Source: an uncultured Chloroflexia bacterium | GTDB lineage: Bacteria; Chloroflexota; Limnocylindria; Limnocylindrales; CSP1-4 | Length of the DNA: 64,000 nucleotides | NCBI GenBank assembly: GCA_963713975.1 | Contig: OY970218.1 | Span: forward strand, 2,752,001-2,816,000 | Direction of reading: 5' to 3' | Made by a program: the position numbers and the translations under genes | Part shown: one piece after another, positions 1 to 9,809 of the stretch | How positions within the stretch are numbered: position 1 is the first letter of the stretch | Layout: each line of letters starts with the position of its first letter | Notes under the pieces: generated by a model | What the model saw: the letters and a program-made list of their open reading frames with translations, nothing else | Database searches by the model: none | Told to the model about the DNA's origin: nothing

Positions 1-663
1 GTCTACGAGTGGAACTACCCCCGCCAGATGCTGGAGATCCGCCTGATGGAGGCGCGCGGCGAGATCGACAAGGCGACGGCGCACGACATCTTCGGCCCGG
101 AGTTCCTGCTCAAACGGCCCCTGCTGCAGGCGCTTGAGGCGGACGAAGGCACGGCGCCCGTGCTGTTGATCGACGAGATCGACCGGGCTGACGAGGAGTT
201 CGAGGCGTACCTGCTCGAGATCCTGTCGGACTTCCAGGTGACGGTCCCCGAGATCGGCACGATCCGCGCGAAGATGACGCCCCGCGTGGTGCTCACATCC
301 AACCGGACCCGCGAGGTCCACGACGCGCTCAAGCGCCGCTGCCTCTACCACTGGATCGACTACCCGACCGCGTCCAAGGAGTTCGAGATCGTCTCCACGC
401 GCGTGCCGGACGCACCCGCTCGGCTCGCCCGGGAGGTCGTCCAGTTCGTCCACCGCCTGCGCGCCGCGGATCTGACCAAGGTCCCGGGCGTTGCGGAGAC
501 GCTCGACTGGGCGTCCGCGCTGCTGTCACTGGGGGCGGCGGAGCTGAGCCCCGACATCGTCGACGAGACCCTGGGTGTCGTCCTCAAGTACGAGGAGGAC
601 ATCCGGACCGTGCGCGGCGCAACGGCCGCCCACTACCTCGCCGAGGCGACCGCCCAGGCGTAG
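1..663 (+). CDS. coxD: CoxD, MoxR-like AAA+ ATPase for CODH maturation (5' truncated by window)
   Basis: Frame open from base 1 (VYEWNYPRQM...); Walker B LLIDEIDRADEEFEA, TSNRTREVHDALKRRC; adjacent to a VWA gene and coxMSL. Confidence 0.9.
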   Translation, partial: VYEWNYPRQMLEIRLMEARGEIDKATAHDIFGPEFLLKRPLLQALEADEGTAPVLLIDEIDRADEEFEAYLLEILSDFQVTVPEIGTIRAKMTPRVVLTSNRTREVHDALKRRCLYHWIDYPTASKEFEIVSTRVPDAPARLAREVVQFVHRLRAADLTKVPGVAETLDWASALLSLGAAELSPDIVDETLGVVLKYEEDIRTVRGATAAHYLAEATAQA

Positions 664-673
664 GGCCGGGATC

Positions 674-2068
674 ATGGCCATGTCCCACCCCGGATCCCCG
701 CTGCTCCGTGCCCCGACGGGCGAGCTGATCGATGGCCGGCGGCTGCTTGCTGAGGCCGTCGGCTTCGGACGTGCGCTGCGCGTCGCGGGCCTGTCGGTGG
801 ATCTCGGTGCCGCGATCGACTTCGCGCGGGCCCTCGAGCTTGATGGCGTCGATCTCGGGCGGCGGGCAGTCGTCAAGGACACGGGTGCGGCCCTGTTCGT
901 GCGACGGCGTGATGACCGCGAGATCTACGATCGGGTGTTCGACCAGTTCTGGCGCCGACGGGGCCGCAAGCTCGCCAAGCCGCGGCTGGAAGGTGCGACA
1001 CCCGACGCCGACCGCGAGGAGGGCGAGCCGGGCGCAACGGACGAGTCCGGCGAAGATGGCCGTGACGCCACGATGACCGAGCTCGCGACCCTGGGCGTCC
1101 AGGTGGCCACCGACGCGGAGGACGGCGCCGAGATCGAGGGCACGACGATCTCCCCCGACGCGTACTCGAAGGGCGAGGTCCAGCGCCACCGCGACTTCGA
1201 CCGGATGACCGCCGCCGAGCTTCGCGACGCCGAGCGGTTCGTGGACCTGCTCCGGCCGAAGCTGGAGCGGCGACGGACGCGGCGCTTCGAGCTGCATCCG
1301 CACGGCCGGCGGCTTGCGGCGCGGGCGATGTTCCGCCAGAACCTCGCGACGGGCGAGCTCACCGAGTGGGTCTGGCGGCGGCAGATCAAGGAGCCCCGCC
1401 AGCTCGTCGTCCTGTGCGACATCTCGGGCTCGATGGAGCGCCACTCGCGGCTCCTCTTGCGCTTCGTCCAGGCGCTCGCGCGGACGAACGAGGTGCGCAC
1501 CGAGTCGTTCGTGTTCGGGACGCGCCTCACCCGTGTCACCCGCCTGATGAAGGACCGGGACCGGGATCGCGCTCTCGCGAAGGTCGCCGACACCGTGACG
1601 GACTGGGCCGGCGGAACGCGGATCGGCGAGTCCTTCCGCGATTTCAACCGCACGTGGGCCCGGCGGACGCTGCGCACGAGCGGCATCGTGATCGTCGTGT
1701 CCGACGGGTGGGATCGGGGTGACCCCGCGCTCGTCGCCGCGGAGACCGCACGCCTGCGTCGGAACTGCCATCGGCTCGTGTGGCTCAACCCGCTGGCATC
1801 GGCACCGGGATACCAGCCGCTCGCCGCCGGGATGAAGGCCGCGTTCCCGTTCATCGACGACTTCCTGCCCGCGGGCACGCTCGCGTCGCTCGAGCGCCTC
1901 GGAGAGGTGCTCGCCGGCACGTCGCAGGGCCCCTCGCGGCGGGGGGCGGCCGTGACCCATGCCACGACGGTCACGCCATCGATGGGCCTCGTCGCGCCCG
2001 AGGCAACGCCTCCGCGCGTGCTCGAGACCCCGCACCTTGACGCAGACCGCGCGCGTCCGCTCGCCTGA
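674..2068 (+). CDS. coxE: CoxE VWA-domain protein
   Basis: MIDAS motif DISGSM, FVFGTRLTR, WAGGTRIG, SDGWD, WLNPL; follows coxD. Confidence 0.88.
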   Translation: MAMSHPGSPLLRAPTGELIDGRRLLAEAVGFGRALRVAGLSVDLGAAIDFARALELDGVDLGRRAVVKDTGAALFVRRRDDREIYDRVFDQFWRRRGRKLAKPRLEGATPDADREEGEPGATDESGEDGRDATMTELATLGVQVATDAEDGAEIEGTTISPDAYSKGEVQRHRDFDRMTAAELRDAERFVDLLRPKLERRRTRRFELHPHGRRLAARAMFRQNLATGELTEWVWRRQIKEPRQLVVLCDISGSMERHSRLLLRFVQALARTNEVRTESFVFGTRLTRVTRLMKDRDRDRALAKVADTVTDWAGGTRIGESFRDFNRTWARRTLRTSGIVIVVSDGWDRGDPALVAAETARLRRNCHRLVWLNPLASAPGYQPLAAGMKAAFPFIDDFLPAGTLASLERLGEVLAGTSQGPSRRGAAVTHATTVTPSMGLVAPEATPPRVLETPHLDADRARPLA

Positions 2069-2088
2069 CCGATCCCGGAGGACCCACG

Positions 2089-3222
2089 ATGCAGGAGTTG
2101 CTCGACACGCTGGCCGGCTGGACCGCCGAGGGCGCCGGCGTGGGCCGCGCCGTCGTGGTCCGGACGTTCGGGTCTGCACCCCGGCCCGAGGGGGCCGTGC
2201 TCCTGGTGACCGATGACGGACGGATCGCGGGCTCGGTATCCGGCGGCTGTGTGGAAGGGGCCGCTGCCGAGGAGATCTGGGCAGCGCGCAAGTCCGGTCT
2301 CGAGCGCGTCATCCGCTACGGGATCAGCGACGAGCAGGCATGGGACGTCGGGCTCGCGTGCGGCGGTACGATCGACGTGCTGATCTCGCCGGGGGTCCCG
2401 ACGGTCGCGGTCGAGGCCGCCCGTGAGACGCGCGAGGGACGGGGAGCCGGCCGGGCGATCGTCACGCCGCTCCCGGCCGACGCCCCGCCCGCGAGGTTCG
2501 GCGCACATGCCCCGGGGGATGGGAGCGCCCCGGCCCGGCCGCTGGTGGTCCACGACGACGGGCGGCTCGACGGCTCGCTCGGCGACCCGACGCTCGACCG
2601 GGCACTCGTCGACGCCGCGACCGATGCGCTGGCACACGGCATCTCGCGGACGGTGGAGGTCGGCGGCCGGCAGCTGTTCATCGAGGCGTACCCGGTGCGG
2701 CCGCGGCTCGTCGTCGTCGGGGCCGTGGAGGTCTCCCGCACCCTCGTGCGCCTGGCGAGGGAGCTGGGCTACGAGACCGTCGTCATCGACGGGCGGGCCG
2801 CGTTTGCCACCGAGGCGCGCTTTCCCGACGTCGACAGGCTCATCGTGGGCTGGCCGGACGAGGTGGCGGACGAGATCGGGCTCGGCCCCACAGACGCGGT
2901 CGCAGTCCTCACCCATGACGTGAAGTTTGACGAGCCGGCGATCGTCGACGCGCTCGCCCGTGGCTGCCGCTACGTCGGCGCTGTCGGGTCGAGGAAGACA
3001 CAGTCCGACCGGCACGTCCGGCTGCTGGAAGCCGGCGTGGCGCCGGATGATCTCGCGCGGCTTCGCGGACCGATCGGCCTGGACCTCGGTGGGCGGCTGC
3101 CGGCGGAGACCGCCCTCGCGATCATGGCCGAGGTCGTCGCGGAGCGGCGGGCAGGCTCCGGCCGGCCGATGCGCGAGCTCGCCCGCGAGCGAGAGGCGGC
3201 GACGGCGGCCGGGGACGCATAG
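2089..3222 (+). CDS. XdhC/CoxI/CoxF family Moco insertion chaperone
   Basis: GSAPRPEGA, GSVSGGCVEG, GLACGG, YVGAVGSR, PIGLDLGG; SD GGAGG upstream. Confidence 0.9.
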   Translation: MQELLDTLAGWTAEGAGVGRAVVVRTFGSAPRPEGAVLLVTDDGRIAGSVSGGCVEGAAAEEIWAARKSGLERVIRYGISDEQAWDVGLACGGTIDVLISPGVPTVAVEAARETREGRGAGRAIVTPLPADAPPARFGAHAPGDGSAPARPLVVHDDGRLDGSLGDPTLDRALVDAATDALAHGISRTVEVGGRQLFIEAYPVRPRLVVVGAVEVSRTLVRLARELGYETVVIDGRAAFATEARFPDVDRLIVGWPDEVADEIGLGPTDAVAVLTHDVKFDEPAIVDALARGCRYVGAVGSRKTQSDRHVRLLEAGVAPDDLARLRGPIGLDLGGRLPAETALAIMAEVVAERRAGSGRPMRELAREREAATAAGDA

Positions 3223-3225
3223 CCC

Positions 3226-3831
3226 GTGCGGATCGTGGGCGTCGTCCTCGCGGCGGGCAGCGGCAGCCGGTTCGGGTCGGCCAAGCAGCTCGCGCCGCTC
3301 CATGGGCGGCCGCTGCTCCAGCATCCGCTCGATGCGCTGACGGCGGCGGGCGTCGATGATGTCGTCGTCGTGCTGGGCGACGATTTCCGGGCGATCGAGG
3401 CCGCGATCACGTGGCATGGCCAGCGGCGGCGTCTGAACCAGCGGCCCCAGGATGGGCTCGCGAGCTCGCTGCGTATCGGGCTTGACGCCGCTGCCGAGGA
3501 CTCCTCGGTCGAGGCGGTGCTCGTCGTTCTCGGCGACCAGCCGTCGCTGCGTCCCGACGTGATCCGCTCGGTTCTCGACGCGGCCGCCGAGACCGACCGG
3601 CCGATTGTCCGTGTTCGCTGGACGTCGGATGACGCGCCGAACCCCGTGCTCGTCCGTCGCGCGGCCTGGGCCCTCGCGGCCGGGCTCGCCGGCGACCGCG
3701 GGCTCGGCCCGCTCCTCGCGGAGCGCCCGGAGCTCGTAGCGGAGGTTCCGGCGGAGGGAGGCCTCCCGGACGTCGACACGCCGGCGGACCTCGCGCTGCT
3801 CGGCGTGGGGCGGACGGAGCCCTTCCGATGA
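3226..3831 (+). CDS. mocA: Molybdenum cofactor cytidylyltransferase (MocA-like)
   Basis: LAAGSGSRFGSAKQL, LGDQP, GDRG, DVDTPADL; CODH uses the MCD cofactor. Confidence 0.8.
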   Translation: MRIVGVVLAAGSGSRFGSAKQLAPLHGRPLLQHPLDALTAAGVDDVVVVLGDDFRAIEAAITWHGQRRRLNQRPQDGLASSLRIGLDAAAEDSSVEAVLVVLGDQPSLRPDVIRSVLDAAAETDRPIVRVRWTSDDAPNPVLVRRAAWALAAGLAGDRGLGPLLAERPELVAEVPAEGGLPDVDTPADLALLGVGRTEPFR

Positions 3832-4673
3832 CGCGCCGAGCCGCGGCCCCGCTGGAGCGGGCCTGGGGCAGGCGGGTGCGCGCCAACCGCGACCAGGCGG
3901 AGCGCGTCCGGGAGACCCAGGCGGGAGACTTCTACGCCCCGGTCTCCTCGCTGTTCGTCGCGGACCCCAGGCGCACCGGGGAGCCGGCGCTCGATGTCCT
4001 CATCGCATCCGCCGATCCGGACGAGACGTGGCTCGACATCGGGGCCGGGGCGGGCCGCTATGCCCTCCCGCTGGCGCTGCGTGTCCGCGAGGTGATCGCC
4101 GTCGAGCCGTCCGCGGGCATGCGCCGTGCGCTGCGCACGGGGATGGGCGAACACGGGATCGGCAACGTGCGCGTCGTTCCCAAGGCGTGGCCCGAGGCCC
4201 TAGACGAGCTGGGCGAGCTCCCCGCAGCGGACGTCGCGCTGATCGCCCACGTCGGCTACGACATCGAGAGGATTGGCCCATTCCTCGACGCGATGGATGC
4301 CGCGACGCGCGGCCACTGCATCGCCGTCCTCACCGATCGGAGCCCGGCGTCCGTCGCCGACCCGTTCTGGCCTCTCGTCCACGACGAGCCGCGCGTCGCC
4401 CTGCCGGCCCTCCCCGAGCTCGTCGAGCTCCTGCACGCGCGAGGCAGCGAGACCGAGGTGCTCCGCGTCGAGCGTCCGCCCCGGACCTTCGACAGCGTGC
4501 CGGCGCTCACCGCGTTTCTCCGGCGCCAGCTGTTCATCGCCGAGGGCGGTGACAAGGATGTCCACTTCCGGGCGATCCTGCCGGACCACATCACGCGCCG
4601 CGATGGCGGCTGGACCCTCATCGATCCACCCCACGGCGCCATCGGAATCGCCACCTGGGGCGCTGGCTCGTAA
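3828..4673 (+). CDS. Class I SAM-dependent methyltransferase
   Basis: Motif I WLDIGAGAGRY, VIAVEPS; ATGA overlap with the previous gene. Confidence 0.8.
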   Translation: MTRRAAAPLERAWGRRVRANRDQAERVRETQAGDFYAPVSSLFVADPRRTGEPALDVLIASADPDETWLDIGAGAGRYALPLALRVREVIAVEPSAGMRRALRTGMGEHGIGNVRVVPKAWPEALDELGELPAADVALIAHVGYDIERIGPFLDAMDAATRGHCIAVLTDRSPASVADPFWPLVHDEPRVALPALPELVELLHARGSETEVLRVERPPRTFDSVPALTAFLRRQLFIAEGGDKDVHFRAILPDHITRRDGGWTLIDPPHGAIGIATWGAGS

Positions 4674-4747
4674 CGGTCGGCACGTCCCCGCGGGTCCGCC
4701 GCGACGCCCGTGGGGCGGGACAGACGGGGCCCGCGGTGGATAACCCA

Positions 4748-4776
4748 TTGACGCCGTACCGACCCGAACGGATACT
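4748..4776 (+). promoter_or_regulatory. Sigma70-type promoter for coxMSL
   Basis: TTGACG-17 bp-GATACT, about 155 nt upstream of coxM. Confidence 0.6.
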
Positions 4777-4931
4777 CGCGGTTCCTACAACCCCAATGTC
4801 ACGGCTCCGCGGCCGGTCGCACTCCGGTTGCGGTCCGCAGCCGAGCGTCCAGGCAGCAGCCGAGCCCCCAGCGTCCTGCGACGGGCCCGACAGGAGGTTC
4901 CGCCACCGGGCGGAGGGAGGGATGGCAGGGC

Positions 4932-5804
4932 ATGATCCCCGGTCAGTTCGACTACGTGCGTCCGCGATCGCTGGACGAGACGCTGCACATCCTGAAGGAC
5001 CACGAGGGGGAGGCAAAGATCCTCTCCGGGGGGTACAGCCTGCTTCCCATGATCAAGCTGCGGCTTGCGCAACCGGCGCTCCTCGTCGACATCCAGGCCG
5101 TGACGGGCCTCGACGGGATCCGGCGCACGGACGATGACTGGCGGATCGGCGGGCGGACGACGCACCGCGCGATCCTCGAGCACGACGGGCTTGCCGCCGA
5201 GTACGCGATCATCCGCGATGCCGCGGGCGGCATCGGCGATCAGCAGGTCCGCAACTGGGGCACGATCGGCGGCTCGGTCGCGCATGCCGACCCGAGCTCG
5301 GACTGGCCGGCAGTGCTGCTGGCGCTGCGCGGTTCGGTGGTCGTGCGGAGTCTTGACGGGGAGCGCAGCCTCCCGGCGCGTGGCTTCTTCGTCGACACCT
5401 TCCAGACCGGCATCGAGCTGACCGAGATCCTGACCGAGGTCCGGATCCCGCACGCGGCCCCACGCACCGGGACCGCCTACGTGAAGCTCGAGCGCCGGGC
5501 AGGAGACTTCGCCACCGTCGGAGTCGCCGCTGCGCTCACGGTGGGCGCGGACGGCCTGATCTCGAGCGCGGGCCTCGCCCTCACCGCCGTCAACGACGCG
5601 CCGTTCGCGGCGACGGCCGCCGAGGCGGCCCTCGTCGGGCAGGCACCGGGCGACGCCGCATGGGCCGCGGCGGGCGCAGCCGCCGCCTCCCAGGCCAACC
5701 CCGTCTCCGACAGCCACGGCCCCGCCGACTACAAGGAGGCGATGGTCCGCGAGATCACCGTCCGGGCGCTCCGCAAGGCCGCCGCTCGCGCGCTGGGCGC
5801 CTGA
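4932..5804 (+). CDS. coxM: CO dehydrogenase medium (FAD) subunit
   Basis: [38 protein letters not shown]. Confidence 0.93.
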   Translation: MIPGQFDYVRPRSLDETLHILKDHEGEAKILSGGYSLLPMIKLRLAQPALLVDIQAVTGLDGIRRTDDDWRIGGRTTHRAILEHDGLAAEYAIIRDAAGGIGDQQVRNWGTIGGSVAHADPSSDWPAVLLALRGSVVVRSLDGERSLPARGFFVDTFQTGIELTEILTEVRIPHAAPRTGTAYVKLERRAGDFATVGVAAALTVGADGLISSAGLALTAVNDAPFAATAAEAALVGQAPGDAAWAAAGAAAASQANPVSDSHGPADYKEAMVREITVRALRKAAARALGA

Positions 5805-5815
5805 AGGAGCGAACG

Positions 5816-6325
5816 ATGACGAAGCAGCACGTCAAGGTCACCGTCAACGGCACGGAGCGCGAGGCCGACGTCGAGCCTCGCCTGCTCCTCGTCCATCTCC
5901 TTCGCGACGTGTTCGGGCTCACCGGGACGCACACCGGCTGCGACACCAGCAACTGCGGCGCGTGCACCGTCCATGTGAACGGCCGGAGCGCGAAGTCCTG
6001 CACGATGCTCGCCGTCCAAGCGAACGGCGCCGAGATCCGCACGATCGAGGGGATGGAGCAGGGCGGCAAGCTCCACCCGCTCCAGCAGGCGTTCTGGGAC
6101 CAGCACGGCCTCCAGTGCGGCTTCTGCACCCCGGGCATGATCATGCAGTCCGCGTACCTGCTCGAGCAGAACCCCGATCCCAGCGAGGAGGAGATCCGCG
6201 AGGGCATCGCCGGCAACCTCTGCCGCTGCACGGGCTACGTGAACATCGTCAAGGCCATCCAGCAGAGCGCTGTCGAGCTCCGGTCCGCCGATGTGGCGAC
6301 CGAGGCCGGCGCCGCGTCCGCCTGA
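5816..6325 (+). CDS. coxS: CO dehydrogenase small (2Fe-2S) subunit
   Basis: [29 protein letters not shown]; SD AAGGAG before ATG 5816. Confidence 0.95.
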   Translation: MTKQHVKVTVNGTEREADVEPRLLLVHLLRDVFGLTGTHTGCDTSNCGACTVHVNGRSAKSCTMLAVQANGAEIRTIEGMEQGGKLHPLQQAFWDQHGLQCGFCTPGMIMQSAYLLEQNPDPSEEEIREGIAGNLCRCTGYVNIVKAIQQSAVELRSADVATEAGAASA

Positions 6326-6341
6326 CCGCGAGGAGACGACG

Positions 6342-8714
6342 ATGACGCTGGAGGCACAGAAGCCCACGACCACCGAGGAAGTCGGCGGGATGGGCCATTC
6401 AAAGAAGCGCATAGAGGACCCGCGCTTCATCCGGGGCCAGGGCGAGTACATCGAGGATGTCGTCCTGCCCAACATGGTGTGGATGGACATCGTCCGCAGC
6501 CCGTACGCTCACGCGAGGATCAAGTCGATCGACGCGAGCGAGGCCCTGGCGATGCCGGGCGTCCTCGCCGTCATCACGGGCAAGGACCTCGAGAAGGCGG
6601 GCCTCCGCTGGATGCCCACGCTCGCCGGCGACAAGCAGATGGTGCTCCCGGTCGACACGGTGATGTACCAGAGCCAGGAGGTCGTGGCGGTGATCGCAGA
6701 GACCCGCTACCAGGCGGCAGACGCGATCACCGCGGTCTACGTGGACTACGAGCCGCTGCCGGTGATCGTCGATCCGTTCAAGGCGCTCGAGCCGGATGCG
6801 CCCGTCCTTCGGCCCGACCGCGGCGAGGACAAGCAGAACAACCACATCTGGCATTGGGAATCGGGAGATCGGGCCGCCACCGACGCTGCCCTCGCCGCCT
6901 CGGACAAGGTCGTCCCGATCGACGTCTACATCCCTCGCATCCACGTCGCCTCGATCGAGACCTGTGGCTGCATCGCGGACTACGATCCCGTCCGCGCGCA
7001 CCTCGACTTCCACGTGACGAGCCAGGCGCCGCACGTGTATCGCACGGTCATCAGCCTTGTGTCCGGCATCCCGGAGAGCAGCATCCGCGTCAAGACGCAC
7101 GACATCGGCGGCGGCTTCGGCGGCAAGGTGCCGGTGTATCCGGGCTATGTCATCGCGATCGTCGCCTCGCTCACGCTGGGCCGCCCGGTCAAGTGGATCG
7201 AGGACCGCAGCGAGAACCTTCAGGCCGACAGCTTCGCCCGTGACTACCACGTGCACGCTGAGATGGGCCTCACCAGTGACGGCACGATCACGGGCCTGCG
7301 GGTCAAGACGCTCGCCGACCACGGCTACACCGACGCTGCCGCGGACCCGTCGAAGTACCCGGCCGGCCTGTTCAACGTCATCACCGGCTCGTACGACATG
7401 CCGCAGGCGTTCGTCGAGGTCGATGCCGCGTACACGAACAAGCCACCCGGCGGCGTCGCCTACCGCTGCTCATTCCGCGTCACGGAGGCCGTCCACACGA
7501 TCGAACGCCTGGTCGATGAGGCCGCCCGCGTGCTGGACATGGATCCGGCCGCGTTCCGGATGAAGAACTTCATTCGCAAGGACCAGTTCCCGTATCACAC
7601 GCCGACCGGGTGGGAATACGACTCGGGCGACTACCACACGGCGCTACAGAAGGCGCTCGACATGATCGGCTACGACGAGCTTCGCAAGGAGCAGGCGGAG
7701 AAGCGTGCCCGGGGCGAGCTCATGGGCATCGGCATCAGCTCCTTCACCGAGATCGTCGGCGCCGGCCCGTCCCATGAGTTCGACATCATCGGCATCAAGA
7801 TGTTCGACTCGGCCGAGATCCGGGTGCACCCGACGGGGTCCGCGATCCTCCGCCTCGGCGTCCAGAGCCAGGGACAGGGCCACGAGACCACGTTCGCCCA
7901 GATCGTGGCCGAGGAGCTCGGGATCCCGATGTCGAAGGTCAAGGTCGAGGAGGGCGACACGGACACGGCGCCCTACGGCCTCGGCACGTACGCCTCACGA
8001 TCCACGCCCACCGCCGGTGCCGCGACCGCCATCGCCGCCCGCAAGATCCGGGAGAAGACGCGGCACCTCGCCGCACACCTCCTCGAGTGCTCGCCCGACG
8101 ACCTCGAGTGGACGCCCGGCCAGTGGAGCGTCAAGGGTTCTCCGGACCGGTTCAAGACGATCGCCGAGCTCGCATTCGCCGCCTACACCAACCATCCACA
8201 GGGGATGGAGGCCGGCCTCGAGGCCACCGACTACTACGACCCGCCCAACCTCACCTTTCCGTTCGGGTCCTACATCTGCGTCGTCGACATCGACAAGGGG
8301 ACGGGGCAGGTCGATATCCGACGCTTCGTGGCCATCGACGACTGCGGCAACATCATCAACCCGATGATCGTGGACGGGCAGATCCACGGCGGCCTGACGA
8401 TGGGCCTGGCCCCGTCGTTGTACGAGGAGATCTCGTACGACGAGAACGGCAACAACCTCGCCGGGACGTTCATGGACTACCTCCTGCCGACGGCCATGGA
8501 GACGCCGGCCTGGGAGACGGGCAAGACGATCACGCCTTCGCCGCACCACCCGCTGGGTGCGAAGGGAGTCGGGGAGTCGGCCACGGTCGGCGCCCCGCCC
8601 GCGATCGCCAACGCGGTCGTCGACGCGCTCGCTCATCTCGGCGTGACCAACGTGGACATCCCGATCACCCCGCAGAAGGTGTGGCGGATCCTCCACGAGA
8701 AGGGCGTCGTCTAG
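6342..8714 (+). CDS. coxL: Form I aerobic CO dehydrogenase large subunit
   Basis: Active-site loop AYRCSFR (7458-7478), diagnostic of form I; GGGFGGK, GQGHETT, AKGVGES. Confidence 0.96.
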   Translation: MTLEAQKPTTTEEVGGMGHSKKRIEDPRFIRGQGEYIEDVVLPNMVWMDIVRSPYAHARIKSIDASEALAMPGVLAVITGKDLEKAGLRWMPTLAGDKQMVLPVDTVMYQSQEVVAVIAETRYQAADAITAVYVDYEPLPVIVDPFKALEPDAPVLRPDRGEDKQNNHIWHWESGDRAATDAALAASDKVVPIDVYIPRIHVASIETCGCIADYDPVRAHLDFHVTSQAPHVYRTVISLVSGIPESSIRVKTHDIGGGFGGKVPVYPGYVIAIVASLTLGRPVKWIEDRSENLQADSFARDYHVHAEMGLTSDGTITGLRVKTLADHGYTDAAADPSKYPAGLFNVITGSYDMPQAFVEVDAAYTNKPPGGVAYRCSFRVTEAVHTIERLVDEAARVLDMDPAAFRMKNFIRKDQFPYHTPTGWEYDSGDYHTALQKALDMIGYDELRKEQAEKRARGELMGIGISSFTEIVGAGPSHEFDIIGIKMFDSAEIRVHPTGSAILRLGVQSQGQGHETTFAQIVAEELGIPMSKVKVEEGDTDTAPYGLGTYASRSTPTAGAATAIAARKIREKTRHLAAHLLECSPDDLEWTPGQWSVKGSPDRFKTIAELAFAAYTNHPQGMEAGLEATDYYDPPNLTFPFGSYICVVDIDKGTGQVDIRRFVAIDDCGNIINPMIVDGQIHGGLTMGLAPSLYEEISYDENGNNLAGTFMDYLLPTAMETPAWETGKTITPSPHHPLGAKGVGESATVGAPPAIANAVVDALAHLGVTNVDIPITPQKVWRILHEKGVV

Positions 8715-8718
8715 CCCG

Positions 8719-9786
8719 ATGCCGAGCCGGAGCCTGGCGCCGCGAATCGCCGTGCTTGAGGCGGAGGGGAGCCGCTTTGCCGTCGCCACCGTGGTGGCGG
8801 TCCAGCGACCCACGTCGGCCAAGCCGGGCGCTCGGGGCATCGTCCACCCGGACGGCACGATCGAGGGCTGGGTCGGCGGCAGCTGCGCCCAGCCCGTCGT
8901 CGTCCGCGAGGCGCTCCGCGCGCTGGTCGACGGCCAGCCGCGGCTCCTGCGGCTCTCGAAGTCCGGGCCCGCGGAGGGCCGCCGGGCGGACGGGATCGTG
9001 GAGCTGGTCATGACCTGCCACTCCGGCGGGACCCTGGAGATCTACGTGGAACCGCACCTGCCCGCACCCCAGCTCTGGCTCGTCGGGACAACGCCGATCG
9101 TGGGGGCGCTCGCGTCCCTCGGCGGCGCTGCCGGCTGGCGGGTGGCCGTCTTCGATCCGGAAGCCGACAACGATGCGTTTCCGGGCGCCGAACGCGTCCT
9201 CCAGGAGACCGCCCTCGCGCGATTCGAGACCGACGCCGCGCCGTACGTCATCGTCGCGACCCAGGGGATCTGGGACGAGGAGGCTCTCCGCTCGGTGTTC
9301 CGGCGCGACGTCTCGTACGTCGGGCTCGTTGCCTCGCCGACGCGTTCGCAGCACGTGCGCGCGTGGCTGCGCGACGAGGGCAAGGTCAGCGACGAGCGTT
9401 TGGCCGCGCTCCGGGCGCCGGCGGGCCTCGACCTCGGCGCGGAGACGCCCGAGGAGATCGCGATCTCGATCCTGGGCGAACTCGTCCAGGTGCGGCGCGG
9501 CAGGGCGCCGTTCGTCGCCGCTCCCGGGCCCGCGACGCTGGCTGGTGACGTCGGCACCGCCGCCCATGAGACCATCCTCCAACCGGTCCTGGACGACATC
9601 GTCCTGCTGGATCCCGTGTGCGGGATGACCGTGGATCGCGCCCGAGCTCGCCACCTCGCCGAGCACGAGGGTGTCGTCTACGCGTTCTGCCGCATGGGCT
9701 GTCGGACCGCATTCATCCAGGAGCCGGGCGCGTACATCCCGGGTCCCTTCGCACCCGTCCAGCCCACCACCACCCAGAGGGCCTGA
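8719..9786 (+). CDS. XdhC/CoxF family protein with C-terminal YHS/TRASH domain
   Basis: GWVGGSC, MTCHSGG, PAGLDLGA, then DPVCGM...YAFCRMGC. Confidence 0.87.
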   Translation: MPSRSLAPRIAVLEAEGSRFAVATVVAVQRPTSAKPGARGIVHPDGTIEGWVGGSCAQPVVVREALRALVDGQPRLLRLSKSGPAEGRRADGIVELVMTCHSGGTLEIYVEPHLPAPQLWLVGTTPIVGALASLGGAAGWRVAVFDPEADNDAFPGAERVLQETALARFETDAAPYVIVATQGIWDEEALRSVFRRDVSYVGLVASPTRSQHVRAWLRDEGKVSDERLAALRAPAGLDLGAETPEEIAISILGELVQVRRGRAPFVAAPGPATLAGDVGTAAHETILQPVLDDIVLLDPVCGMTVDRARARHLAEHEGVVYAFCRMGCRTAFIQEPGAYIPGPFAPVQPTTTQRA

Positions 9787-9809
9787 CGGCCCCCTCCTCG
9801 GAGACGCCA

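Noticed and set aside
925-3417. Long antisense ORFs (also 24587-26611, 27145-29610, 43122-44846 and others)
   Set aside because: High-GC shadows opposite recognisable genes, with no motifs of their own
4735-4743. DnaA-box-like sequence
   Set aside because: Single imperfect match with no cluster or AT-rich unwinding element
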